Below are positions 12,975 to 22,708 of a DNA stretch of 24,155 nt, piece after piece. This DNA comes from a virus (taxonomy: Duplodnaviria; Caudoviricetes). The notes beneath the pieces were generated by a model. The model had not been told where the DNA came from. It saw only the letters and a list, made by a program, of their open reading frames with translations, and did no database searches. The stretch covers positions 1-24,155 of the IMG/VR virus record IMGVR_UViG_3300044724_001019; one strand, written 5' to 3'. The stretch's first letter is position 1. The number at the start of each line of letters is the position of its first letter. The translations under genes and the position numbers were made by a program.

Positions 12975-15473
12975 ATGGCCCGCGTTTCATCTATCGTCAC
13001 AAACTTTCAAGCTGGTGAGCTATCCCCTCGCCTTGAAGGCCGCATTGACCTACAGAAATATAACAGTGGCGCTCAGAAACTAGAGAACATGCTGGTGTTT
13101 CCACAAGGTGGCATCACACGCAGACCTGGCACCAAGTACATAGGCACGGCAAAAATTCCCAGCAGTGGCGGAGAAACCGCTATCCGGCTTATCCCGTTCG
13201 AGTACAGTGACGAGCAAGCATATGTGTTAGAGCTTGGAAACCAGTATATGCGCTTTTACACATCAGATGGTGTGTTGCTCAATGCGCCAAATAGTACTGG
13301 TAGCGACATAATCACAGCGGCGACAAATGCCAACCCGGTACAAATAACAACAAATTCTGCGCATGGGTTTAGCAACGGTGACAGAGTTTACATCACTGGC
13401 GTCAAGGGTATGACGGAGCTTAACAATAGAGAGTTTCAGATAACAAACTCGACATCTACAACATTTACCTTGCTGCACCCCGCAAGCACGGCTGTTGATG
13501 GAACAGGATTTGGCACTTTTATTCCAAGCTCTGGCAGCCCTTACACTGAAAGAGTCGGCAAAATACACGAGATTTCAACGCCTTGGGGAGCGAATGACCT
13601 TAATGGCATTAATTACACACAATCTGCTGATGTAGTTTATTTTACCCACAAAGACTATCAGCCGCGTGAACTTTACAGAATAACCGCAAATTTCTTTTCT
13701 TTAGGGCTGTACCCAACCGTAGATGGCCCGTATTTGGATGAGAACACTGGAACAACAACTGTTTATGCGTCCGCCCAAACGGGGTTAAGCATCACATTAA
13801 CTGCCAGCAGCAGCATTTTTACATCGTCTATGATTGGCGGTCTATTCAGGTTTCGTGAGATTCTTGAAATTCATCACGATGAATGGGCGGCTAGCACTAG
13901 CTACGCGAATAATGCCACAGTCCGGTACAACGGGCATGTTTATAAAAATGTCACTGGCAGCACCCAAACGTCCGGCAATACCCCGCCTGTGCATCTTAGC
14001 GGCACTGAAACCTACGGGGCGATAGATTGGGCATACCAACACGATGGTACTGGGTATGTGAAAATAAAGACATATAGCAGCGGCACATCTGTAACTGCCG
14101 AAGTTATGCCAGATGAGAATGGTGTGGCTATTTTGCCAGACCATGTGGTCGGGGCAGCTAATGCAACAACTCGTTGGTCAGAAGGGGCTTGGAGTGACCG
14201 CCGAGGTTGGCCTAGAGCTTTAGCATTTTATGAAGAGCGATTATATTTCGCGGGCACCACGCATCAACCGCAAACCATTTTTGGCTCTAAAACTGCCGAC
14301 TTTAGGAACCATACGCCAGGAACAGAAGACGACGCCGCAATTAACATTACGATTGCGTCTGATAGGGTCAATGTTATCAAGCACATGATTCCTGGGCGTT
14401 TCTTGCAAATTTTGACGACAAGTTCAGAATTTACCCTGTCAGGCGGCACCGGCACTCAGCCTGTCACACCTACAAGCGTCAATGTTTTGCGTGAAACAAC
14501 TTTTGGCACATCGGAGGTCCGTCCGCTTCGGGCTGGCTCTAGCACTATTATGGTGCAGGGTGGGCAAGAAAAAGTTAAGGAAGTCACATTCGATTTGGAC
14601 ACTGATGGCCTTGTAGGCCGTGACTTGACAATCTTAGCCGAGCATCTAGGGCGGGGCGGCTTTAAGGATATGGTGTGGCAACAAGAGCCGGAGCTTATTC
14701 TTTGGCTTGTGCGTAATGATGGCACCTTGGTTGGCCTGTCTTACGACCCACAGAACAATACAATCGGGTGGCACAGCCACCCAATAGGGAATGGCGGACT
14801 TGTAGAAAGTATAGCTGCAATTCCATCTGGGGCTGAGGACCAAGTTTTTCTTTCGGTGAAGCGGGCGTTTGACGCTTACCCTATGCCGGGCGGGTTTAGT
14901 AACGTGCGCCACATCGTTGTAATGGATAATATATACTTTGGCACCGACGTAGCGGATGCCTTCTATGTAGATTCCGGCCTGACATATGACAGCACCGCAA
15001 CGACCACCATCAGTGGTCTGAATCACCTTGAAGGCGAGACAGTACAGGTTCTGGCTGACGGCTCTGCGCACCCGGACAAAACTGTAAGCGGTGGTGCCGT
15101 TACGTTGGACCGCAGCGCAAGCACAGTGCATGTCGGCTACTCCTACGACTCCAAGATGCAGACGCTTCGCCTTGAGGCTGGTGCGGACGATGGCGTGTCG
15201 CAGGGCAAGATTAAGCGTATCCACGGCGTAACTGTGCGGTTCATCGACACTGTTGGCGCAGAGGTGGGGCCGGGTGAGAACAATCTGGACCGAATCCCAT
15301 TCCGCGACAGCAGCATGGCAATGGATGAAGCTGTGCCAATGTTTGATGGAGACAAAGAGATTACGTTCCCGTCAGGGTACGACAATGATGCCAGGGTTTT
15401 CGTTAGGCAGACGCAACCATTGCCGATGACTATTCTGGCAGTGATGCGGAGGTCTAACACATTCGATGCTTAA
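12975..15473 (+). CDS. Tail tubular protein B (T7 gp12-like nozzle)
   Basis: 'TNFQAGELSPRLEGRIDL', 'GGITRRPGT', 'TQSADV', 'FYEERLYFAGT', C-terminal 'QTQPLPMTILAV'; 832 aa. Confidence 0.92.
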   Translation: MARVSSIVTNFQAGELSPRLEGRIDLQKYNSGAQKLENMLVFPQGGITRRPGTKYIGTAKIPSSGGETAIRLIPFEYSDEQAYVLELGNQYMRFYTSDGVLLNAPNSTGSDIITAATNANPVQITTNSAHGFSNGDRVYITGVKGMTELNNREFQITNSTSTTFTLLHPASTAVDGTGFGTFIPSSGSPYTERVGKIHEISTPWGANDLNGINYTQSADVVYFTHKDYQPRELYRITANFFSLGLYPTVDGPYLDENTGTTTVYASAQTGLSITLTASSSIFTSSMIGGLFRFREILEIHHDEWAASTSYANNATVRYNGHVYKNVTGSTQTSGNTPPVHLSGTETYGAIDWAYQHDGTGYVKIKTYSSGTSVTAEVMPDENGVAILPDHVVGAANATTRWSEGAWSDRRGWPRALAFYEERLYFAGTTHQPQTIFGSKTADFRNHTPGTEDDAAINITIASDRVNVIKHMIPGRFLQILTTSSEFTLSGGTGTQPVTPTSVNVLRETTFGTSEVRPLRAGSSTIMVQGGQEKVKEVTFDLDTDGLVGRDLTILAEHLGRGGFKDMVWQQEPELILWLVRNDGTLVGLSYDPQNNTIGWHSHPIGNGGLVESIAAIPSGAEDQVFLSVKRAFDAYPMPGGFSNVRHIVVMDNIYFGTDVADAFYVDSGLTYDSTATTTISGLNHLEGETVQVLADGSAHPDKTVSGGAVTLDRSASTVHVGYSYDSKMQTLRLEAGADDGVSQGKIKRIHGVTVRFIDTVGAEVGPGENNLDRIPFRDSSMAMDEAVPMFDGDKEITFPSGYDNDARVFVRQTQPLPMTILAVMRRSNTFDA

Positions 15474-15888
15474 AATACGTCCCTATGTACACAGCGATGT
15501 GTATGACATTGAGTTGGATTACGAGTTTGACGCGGCGTCTCGCGCTGGATTGCTGGGTCACAACGAGATAGTAGCCTACACGCTACTTGATGACGACAAG
15601 GTGCTGGCCGTTGGCGGGGCGCATGTCATGTGGTTCGGGGCGGGGGAAGCCTGGGTGCTGGTGTCGCCGGAGTGTCTTGGCAAGCCAGCATCCTTTGCCC
15701 GTTATGCAAAAAAGCTGTTTGATAGTATATTGCAAGACACAGAGTTACGCAGGGTGCAAGCCAGCATCCATGTAGATGATGACCGGGCGTATAGGTTTGC
15801 AGAGTGGCTCGGCTTTGAGAATGAGGGCGTTATGCGCAAATACGGCGTCGAAGGCGACGATTACTACAGAATGGCGAGGGTGGCGTAA
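15466..15888 (+). CDS. GNAT-fold acetyltransferase-like protein (T7 gp13 position)
   Basis: 'GEAWVL', 'RRVQASI', 'RFAEWLGFENEGVMRKYG..GDDYYRMAR' is a RimJ/RimL-like C-terminal signature. Confidence 0.85.
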   Translation: MLKIRPYVHSDVYDIELDYEFDAASRAGLLGHNEIVAYTLLDDDKVLAVGGAHVMWFGAGEAWVLVSPECLGKPASFARYAKKLFDSILQDTELRRVQASIHVDDDRAYRFAEWLGFENEGVMRKYGVEGDDYYRMARVA

Positions 15889-16451
15889 TGGAAACTATGA
15901 CCATTATGGCTGGCGCATCCGCAATCCAAGGGATTATGAGCTTCAAAGGCAACCGCGCTGCCGCAAAACAAGCACAGCAAGTAGCCGACTATCAAGCGCA
16001 AGTAGCGGAAAATGAACTTGTTCTTACGCAAAGAGCGAGGCGCGACCAAGAAGTTTCTTTGCGGAGAAACTCAGACAGACTCAAGGGTACACAAAGAACC
16101 GCTACCGCCGCTTCACAAGTCAGAATGTCTGGCAGTCCGTTGCTGGCACTCAAAGACACATATTTCAATACTGAGGTAGACGCGCTTCGTATTCAATACG
16201 CTGGTAGTGTTGAAGCAGCTAATGTTGCATCTAACGCAGCAATGGCGCGTATGACAGGCAAGGCTCAGGCCGCTGCTTACAATACAGCAGCATTTACAAG
16301 CATCATAGGTGCTGGCTCTGCGATGGCATCATTCCAACAGCAACAAACCTTGTTGGGGCAACGCACCGCCGCATATGATGCGCAGGTTAATTTCCAGAAC
16401 AGGCTGCTGGCACTTGAAGAAGCAAGATACAATAAGGAGCTTAGTTCCTAG
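15888..16451 (+). CDS. Internal virion (ejection) protein, gp14-like
   Basis: Ala/Gln-rich, hydrophobic N-terminus, 'GTQRTATAASQVRMSGSPL' motif; synteny. Confidence 0.8.
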   Translation: METMTIMAGASAIQGIMSFKGNRAAAKQAQQVADYQAQVAENELVLTQRARRDQEVSLRRNSDRLKGTQRTATAASQVRMSGSPLLALKDTYFNTEVDALRIQYAGSVEAANVASNAAMARMTGKAQAAAYNTAAFTSIIGAGSAMASFQQQQTLLGQRTAAYDAQVNFQNRLLALEEARYNKELSS

Positions 16452-16453
16452 CT

Positions 16454-19126
16454 ATGCCAAGAATCCCGCTTTACGCAAAGGGCGCTGGCCCAACAGTAGA
16501 ATTGGCAACAGGGCAGCTTGGCGCTAGACCAAGTGTTGCCGCTTTCACAGCCCCCGGCGAGGCTATGGCACGGGCTGGTGAAGCTATTGGCCGCGCGGGA
16601 GCAACTTTGGCAGAAGGCCAGATGCGCATTGATGAGGGACAAATAAAAGCAGAGAAGACACGACAGACCAACGAGATTGAGTTTCAGCGCCGCCAGAAAA
16701 AAGTCGAGTTTGATTTTGCTGTTGCAGAGCGTGACGCCGAAGACCGTCGTATTATTGCGGAAGAAGCTGACAGGGCTGTTATTGCAACTAGCGAGTTCCT
16801 TGAGCAAAACAGGGACACGGACACTCGCACATTTAATGAAAACTTTGGGACGCACCGTGACGGGTTAATCAGGGATATTGATGGCCGTGGGTATACGCCA
16901 CGCCGCAAAGCCCTTGTTGAAAACGCAATTAAACAAAGCACTCGCGCTCAACGTACAAGTGGGGCTAACCAAGCATTTGGCCGTGGCCAGCTTGCGCGTA
17001 CTAATGCTTCGGAGGCAACGATTGCGACGGCAGTCAATCAGTTGGGTCTTTATGCAGAGGGCCATCCTGAAAGGTTTGTACTGTTAAAAAGAATAGAAGA
17101 CACCTTTGTTGACGCTGACAACAATGGGTTAAACCTTAAGTTCACACGCGGCGGTGTGCAGCAACAAGTCCTATACCAAGATTACAATAGGCAAATTGAA
17201 GGGGCTGGGAGCCACCGTGAGGTTGCTGCAATCCTTTCGAAACTAAAGGTTGATGGGAATGTTAGCCAAGCAAACCGTGAAAAGCTAATTGTTGACCTTA
17301 ATAATGCAGAATCCAGACTGTTTAATGATGCTAGGGAGGGGGCTGCTGGTGTTTTGAACGAGGCTGTTTTCTCAGCTAGGGAGCAATCCGAAGTTGAAAC
17401 GGCAATCGAGCAAGGTGGCGTGTATACGTTTAGCCTCCCTGATGGGTCGCAAAGCACAGTTGATTTCTCTCAGGTGCGCTCTACAGATGTCGGCGGAATC
17501 CTGAGCATCGCAAACAGGCGCTTCAAAGATGTGGAAGACCTAACATCAGACAACATACTTTTTGCGGCTGTAAACGGGTATGACGTAAAGCAGTCAGGGG
17601 TGGAAAATGCGGCAAGATTTGGGCTAAACTATTCTGATGAAGCTATTGCTATTCATGGCAAAACTCCAGAACAGCTTGATGATATCGCGCTAAATCTTGC
17701 TAACCAGCACCAAGATTACGTTACGAACACACTTAAGTCTGAGGGTGTGACACGCGAGAATTATCCCACGCTTGTGGCTCGTCTTGAGGCATCCGAGGCT
17801 CTTCTTTCCGCACAGCTTGGCGGGCGTCCGCCTTTGTCCGTAAGGACAGGGGCTGACCAGACGGCTGTAATAGGCATCAAGTCCGGCATCGCTTCCGCGC
17901 GTGAAGACTTGCGCAAAGCAGTAAAAGAAAAGGCTGCCTTGGAAAGCAATGTCGCAGTTATGGAGGAGGGCAAGTTTGAGTTTGTGGCTGGAAAAACTAA
18001 AGAAACGGAAACGAAGGCCGCAGTCGATGAAATGATGGCAAGGCTTGCTGGCAATGTCCCAGCGCAAATTAAAAACTTGTCAGAGAATGGCACCACCTAT
18101 GAAACCTTTAAGACAACTTTGAACGCACAGGCAGAGCGCCTTATCGACAAAAACTTTGACCCAGAGTCTGCCGAGATGGAACAGATAAATCTTGGTGTTG
18201 AGCTATACCGGCAAATGAAACTTTCAGGGCGCGGTGTGACTGGAAGGCATGTTTCGCCAGAAAATAAAAAAATATATGAGGGCTATTTGCGACTTGAAGG
18301 GCCGCTTGGTCAGGTTGGGGCTATACGCGCCCTGCAACGCCAGCGGGATGACATTGATGTAAACGCCTCTTATAAGCAGGTGCAAAGTGCGGTTGAGTCT
18401 ATTTCTGATGAGGCGTCACAAAGTTATTCTTGGTATCAGTACCTTCCTGGCCTTGGTCCTGACGAAGACTTTGTAGTCCAAAACACGTCAGAAATCCAAA
18501 GCTATGTTAGCAAAGTAACAAAAGATTATATTCGACTTGGTGTTGCCGCCGAGGTGGCCGTCGAGCTTGCTGCAAAGGATTATGCTGAGTCTCATGTGCG
18601 CATCAGAAACATAATGATGCCAAAGGTAGTGGGGATGCCTTCAAACATTGAAGACATGGCGACTGCCGCTGTTAATGATGTGATGCTTCGTTTCCCCAGC
18701 ATCGCAGAAAACTACGACAGTGAAGAGCTTTCTATTGCCCCCCTTCAAGGAACTATGGACCGCTGGACCTTGGTTCATTCCGGCGGGTCGCCCGTAATTG
18801 TTACGGACCCTGACAATCCCCAAAAGGCCTATCCGGTTGAGTTCAATCTTAAAGAGCTAGACCAGTATATGGTGACGCAACGCTCAGATGCAGGGCTTAT
18901 CAAAACGGCCAAGGTCGCTGAGTTAAATTTCCGTAAAACTGTAGAGTCTGAGTTTGTTACACGCACTGGCAGGTTCGAAGGCCTTACTAAATACGAAGCC
19001 CAAAACCTGAAACTGCGGCTGCTGTATCCTTGGCGCAGCTACCGATTGGAGGCTGAAGATGTGCGTAAGTTCTCAGAGGAGATGGAAAAGGTAATCGCTG
19101 AAACTCCTGGTGCTGGTGGTGCATAA
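16454..19126 (+). CDS. Internal virion (ejection) protein, gp15-like
   Basis: 890 aa, largely helical, 'MPRIPLY' N-terminus typical of this position. Confidence 0.75.
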   Translation: MPRIPLYAKGAGPTVELATGQLGARPSVAAFTAPGEAMARAGEAIGRAGATLAEGQMRIDEGQIKAEKTRQTNEIEFQRRQKKVEFDFAVAERDAEDRRIIAEEADRAVIATSEFLEQNRDTDTRTFNENFGTHRDGLIRDIDGRGYTPRRKALVENAIKQSTRAQRTSGANQAFGRGQLARTNASEATIATAVNQLGLYAEGHPERFVLLKRIEDTFVDADNNGLNLKFTRGGVQQQVLYQDYNRQIEGAGSHREVAAILSKLKVDGNVSQANREKLIVDLNNAESRLFNDAREGAAGVLNEAVFSAREQSEVETAIEQGGVYTFSLPDGSQSTVDFSQVRSTDVGGILSIANRRFKDVEDLTSDNILFAAVNGYDVKQSGVENAARFGLNYSDEAIAIHGKTPEQLDDIALNLANQHQDYVTNTLKSEGVTRENYPTLVARLEASEALLSAQLGGRPPLSVRTGADQTAVIGIKSGIASAREDLRKAVKEKAALESNVAVMEEGKFEFVAGKTKETETKAAVDEMMARLAGNVPAQIKNLSENGTTYETFKTTLNAQAERLIDKNFDPESAEMEQINLGVELYRQMKLSGRGVTGRHVSPENKKIYEGYLRLEGPLGQVGAIRALQRQRDDIDVNASYKQVQSAVESISDEASQSYSWYQYLPGLGPDEDFVVQNTSEIQSYVSKVTKDYIRLGVAAEVAVELAAKDYAESHVRIRNIMMPKVVGMPSNIEDMATAAVNDVMLRFPSIAENYDSEELSIAPLQGTMDRWTLVHSGGSPVIVTDPDNPQKAYPVEFNLKELDQYMVTQRSDAGLIKTAKVAELNFRKTVESEFVTRTGRFEGLTKYEAQNLKLRLLYPWRSYRLEAEDVRKFSEEMEKVIAETPGAGGA

Positions 19127-22100
19127 TGGATGAAGAAGACGACCTGCTGCGTCCGGCAAAGCCTGAGATTACGCCGACACGGTTAGCTGCCGAGCGTATT
19201 GCTGAGCAAGAGTTAGAAACGCAAAAGCCCACATTTGGCGAGGCTGTTAAGGCATCAGTTGACGAAGACTGGATGATGTCTTGGGCCTTGCGTGGGCGTG
19301 AGGAGTTTGCGCCAGACCCAGACTTTCAGCTTTCAACAGAAGACTACAACCGGGTTACGGCTGGGCTTCCAGAGGAATACCACGGTTTTGTTGAAGACGC
19401 ATACAGCATGGCTCAGCTTGAGTCCTTGCGCGAAGAGGCTTTCAGGACATACGAGAACGACAGGAAACTTTCCCAGCTTGGCTGGGGCGGGGTTGGCATC
19501 CGCTTCGGTGTGGCATTGGCAGACCCCGCCGCTATTGGCCTGAGCATAGCGACGGAGGGTGTCGCGGCCCCATTGATTTGGGGCAATAAACTCACAAGAC
19601 TTCAAAGGGCTTTCCGTGGCGGCACCGCTGCGGCTGCGACCAATGCGATTGTTGAAGGCTATATAGTTAGCCAGAACGCTGTCAAAGACCCATATGACAT
19701 CCTGTACTCAGCCAGCGCCGGGTTCCTTATCGGTGGCGGGCTATCTTCGCTTGGCCGCGTTGACACTACAGACCCTATTCGCCCGGCAATGGCTAGTATG
19801 GCCAAGGCAGCAGACGATGCTCAAAAAGTTGAGGCGGTTGATGCGGTCAACAGCCGCATCTTGGGTGAAGGTCTTGGTGAGCCTTTTGGCAGGACTGTTG
19901 AGGTTACTAATGACGATGTTAATGCTGCTTTGGACAGGGCAGACAGGGCAAAACAAGCCGTGTCAGACGCCAGAAAGGCAAAAGACGCCGTAGGTTTAGA
20001 GATAGACCAGCGGCTTGAAGCGGGTGAGATTAGCGCAGAAGAAGCGAAAAGATTAGAGGCAGAGTCTCCAGAGTTTATTGCTTTTAACAAGGCACAAAAA
20101 GATTTTGCTGAGGCAGATAGCGCTGCTGATGAGACGGTGGCCGCGTTTGCAAATGGAGGGCGAGCCGGTGTGGGCGCGGCTGAAAACCAGTTTGAACCTC
20201 CGCAAATGGTCGCCTACACGCGCACTGACACAGAAAACGCCATAGAGGCTGCTGGTGACCCGGCTGAACCCGCCATGGCTAAACTTGGCCCTACAAAAAT
20301 ACCATTGCGGTTTGACATGGTTGCCCGCCTCTTAGGCTCAAAGAATCTCATCGCTAATCAATTAGGGCGGATTCTTGGCGAAGACGCTGTTGGTTTTCGC
20401 GGAGGCAAGGACACAGAGCGCCCTCTTGAGCCTACCGCTGACATCATAAAGACAAACGAGTTCAAGTCTGCCTTGAGCCGTTACTACGCCGTCTATGACC
20501 CGGCATACAAAGAGTGGGCAAAGGACCAAGGCTTCGGTTACCTCAAGCGCACAATGAATCTCCCGCGCCGCCAGTTTGGAGAGTTGGTAGCTGATGCTAT
20601 TGAAAGTCCTGAACTACCTTTCCACCCTGCGGTTCGCCGCGCTGCACAAAGGCAAGCAGAGATTAAACGCGACTTGTTGAATGGGGCTAAGGATTCAGAG
20701 GTGCGTGGCTTCGAGAATGTCCCTGAAAACTTGAGTTACTTCACACACCTTTGGGACTCATTCAAATTCGTTGAGGCGCGACACCGTTATGACGACGAAG
20801 ATGTCCTTCGTCTTCTTACTAACGCTTTGGTGAATGGCACCGAAGACCTAGACGAAGAAGCAGCCCGGATGGTTGCCAAAAGCATGGTTGGCAAGCTAAA
20901 CCGTGACGGTGCTGGGATGGACTCTGGCGCAGCCAGATTGTTCACGACAGATGACCGCGATGTCATGAAGCAAATCCTTGTGGAAGAGGGTTTCATGACG
21001 GACGACGAGGCCACACGCTTGTTGTCGCTGTTTGAGCAGCGTCCTGACGGCACACCTGCACGAGCCAAGCGTAGACTTGGCTTTAACATGCAAGAAGAGT
21101 TGTCGGTTTTCAACAGGCAGACCCGCCAGCAAGAGGTTCTGCGTCTCAAGGATTTGCAGGAACGGGACGCCGAGCAAGTGTTTACGTCTTACGCTGGGGG
21201 AATGTCTGGCAGGATTGCACTGGCTCGTGTCGGCCTAAAGGATGAAACAACAATAAATCAGCTACTCGACAGGAACTTGTCGGAGGGAGAGGGCCGCGCT
21301 GGCAAAAAGGGCGCAGATGAAGCTAAGCATGAGAACCTCATAGCGCAAACTATGATTAACATGATTCTGAACCGCCGCGCTCCGTTGGCAGCAGACCCGT
21401 CCGGCAACTACGCAAGGATTGCGCGTCTGGTACAGGACTACAACTTTATCCGTCTGATGAACCAGGTTGGCTTTGCGCAGGTTGCCGAACTTGGAAACGC
21501 CATCAGCATTGGTGGCTGGAGGGCTGTGCTGCAACAGGTTCCGGAGATGAGGCGCATGTTGCGCAGGGCAAAGAATGGGGAGCTAGAGGACGAGGTTTTG
21601 CGGGACATTGAAGCCGCTACCGGGATTGGCTCTGACCGTTTGACAAACCAAGCCATGAACCGCGCAGACACTATCGGTGTGTTCAGCGAGGGGCGTGGCG
21701 ACTGGATTGACAAAGGTCTATTTATGCTGGCTCCTCTAAAAAGAGCTACAGCAGACCTCTCCGGTATGGCTCCTATCACACTGGCTCTTGAAAGGATGGC
21801 TGCGCGGGTTGCTGTTCAGACTATGACGGACCTTGCCTTCAAAGCCAGAAAGCTATCTCGCAAGCGCCTTGCAGGACTTGGCTTGGACGAAGACATGACT
21901 GAGCGTGTTTATGCGCAAATCAGGAAAAATGCTGTCAGACAACCATCCTCGATGTTCAAGCGCAAAAAGGTTCGTGCAATCAATCTTGGAGGCTGGGACG
22001 ACGCGGAGGCAAGAGACGCTTTCCTTATAGCCATATCCAGATGGACACGCCGCAGCATCCAACAGAATGACGTGGGCAACCTGAACCTTTATATGACCTC

Positions 22101-22659
22101 AACTATGGGTCAGGTTCTGACACAGTTCCGCACGTTTATGCTGGTTTCTTATGCAAAGCAAACGCTGCATAACATTAAGGCAAAAGACTTTAGGGCTTTG
22201 TCCGCGATGCTTCATTCGGTGGCATTTGCGGGCCTTGCTTACACAGCACAGACACAAGTCAATGCTCAGTTTAGGGATGACAAAGAAGAGTTTCTCAAGG
22301 AACGGTTGTCCACAGAAGCCATTGCCAAGGCATCATTCCAGCGTAGTTCGTGGGCATCACTGTTCCCGGCTTTGGTTGACACAGGCGCTATGTTCTACAC
22401 AGATGACCCTGTATTCGCGTACCGTTCCACAGGTCTGGACACTAACCTAATTGGCGGTGTGCCTAGTGTGCAGCTTATCTCGAAGGGGCTTAGCTCTGCC
22501 CAGGCCGCGTCTAGGGCTTTGCTTAATCCAGACAAGCAGTTTTCTCAGGGGCAGCAACGCGCATTGAATACTTTAGTCCCATTCCAGAACGCCATCGGCA
22601 TAAAGAACGCACTAAACAAACTTGTGGACATGAGGCCAGAGACAGCAACCGTAGAGTAG
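19126..22659 (+). CDS. Large internal virion (ejection) protein, gp16-like
   Basis: 1177 aa with Gly/Ala hydrophobic segments near the N-terminus; motifs 'YFTHLW', 'MNQVGFAQVAE', 'QFRTFMLVSYAKQ' and 'LVPFQN' resemble the T7 gp16 C-terminal region. Confidence 0.82.
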   Translation: MDEEDDLLRPAKPEITPTRLAAERIAEQELETQKPTFGEAVKASVDEDWMMSWALRGREEFAPDPDFQLSTEDYNRVTAGLPEEYHGFVEDAYSMAQLESLREEAFRTYENDRKLSQLGWGGVGIRFGVALADPAAIGLSIATEGVAAPLIWGNKLTRLQRAFRGGTAAAATNAIVEGYIVSQNAVKDPYDILYSASAGFLIGGGLSSLGRVDTTDPIRPAMASMAKAADDAQKVEAVDAVNSRILGEGLGEPFGRTVEVTNDDVNAALDRADRAKQAVSDARKAKDAVGLEIDQRLEAGEISAEEAKRLEAESPEFIAFNKAQKDFAEADSAADETVAAFANGGRAGVGAAENQFEPPQMVAYTRTDTENAIEAAGDPAEPAMAKLGPTKIPLRFDMVARLLGSKNLIANQLGRILGEDAVGFRGGKDTERPLEPTADIIKTNEFKSALSRYYAVYDPAYKEWAKDQGFGYLKRTMNLPRRQFGELVADAIESPELPFHPAVRRAAQRQAEIKRDLLNGAKDSEVRGFENVPENLSYFTHLWDSFKFVEARHRYDDEDVLRLLTNALVNGTEDLDEEAARMVAKSMVGKLNRDGAGMDSGAARLFTTDDRDVMKQILVEEGFMTDDEATRLLSLFEQRPDGTPARAKRRLGFNMQEELSVFNRQTRQQEVLRLKDLQERDAEQVFTSYAGGMSGRIALARVGLKDETTINQLLDRNLSEGEGRAGKKGADEAKHENLIAQTMINMILNRRAPLAADPSGNYARIARLVQDYNFIRLMNQVGFAQVAELGNAISIGGWRAVLQQVPEMRRMLRRAKNGELEDEVLRDIEAATGIGSDRLTNQAMNRADTIGVFSEGRGDWIDKGLFMLAPLKRATADLSGMAPITLALERMAARVAVQTMTDLAFKARKLSRKRLAGLGLDEDMTERVYAQIRKNAVRQPSSMFKRKKVRAINLGGWDDAEARDAFLIAISRWTRRSIQQNDVGNLNLYMTSTMGQVLTQFRTFMLVSYAKQTLHNIKAKDFRALSAMLHSVAFAGLAYTAQTQVNAQFRDDKEEFLKERLSTEAIAKASFQRSSWASLFPALVDTGAMFYTDDPVFAYRSTGLDTNLIGGVPSVQLISKGLSSAQAASRALLNPDKQFSQGQQRALNTLVPFQNAIGIKNALNKLVDMRPETATVE

Positions 22660-22661
22660 GG

Positions 22662-22690
22662 TTCCAGCGGGGCCGAAACTGCGGTATAAA
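22662..22690 (+). promoter_or_regulatory. Possible promoter for the tail fibre gene
   Basis: TTCCAG-N17-TATAAA, followed by SD AAGGAG, in a 49-nt intergenic gap. Confidence 0.4.
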
Positions 22691-22708
22691 GGACCGAAGG
22701 AGTGACGC

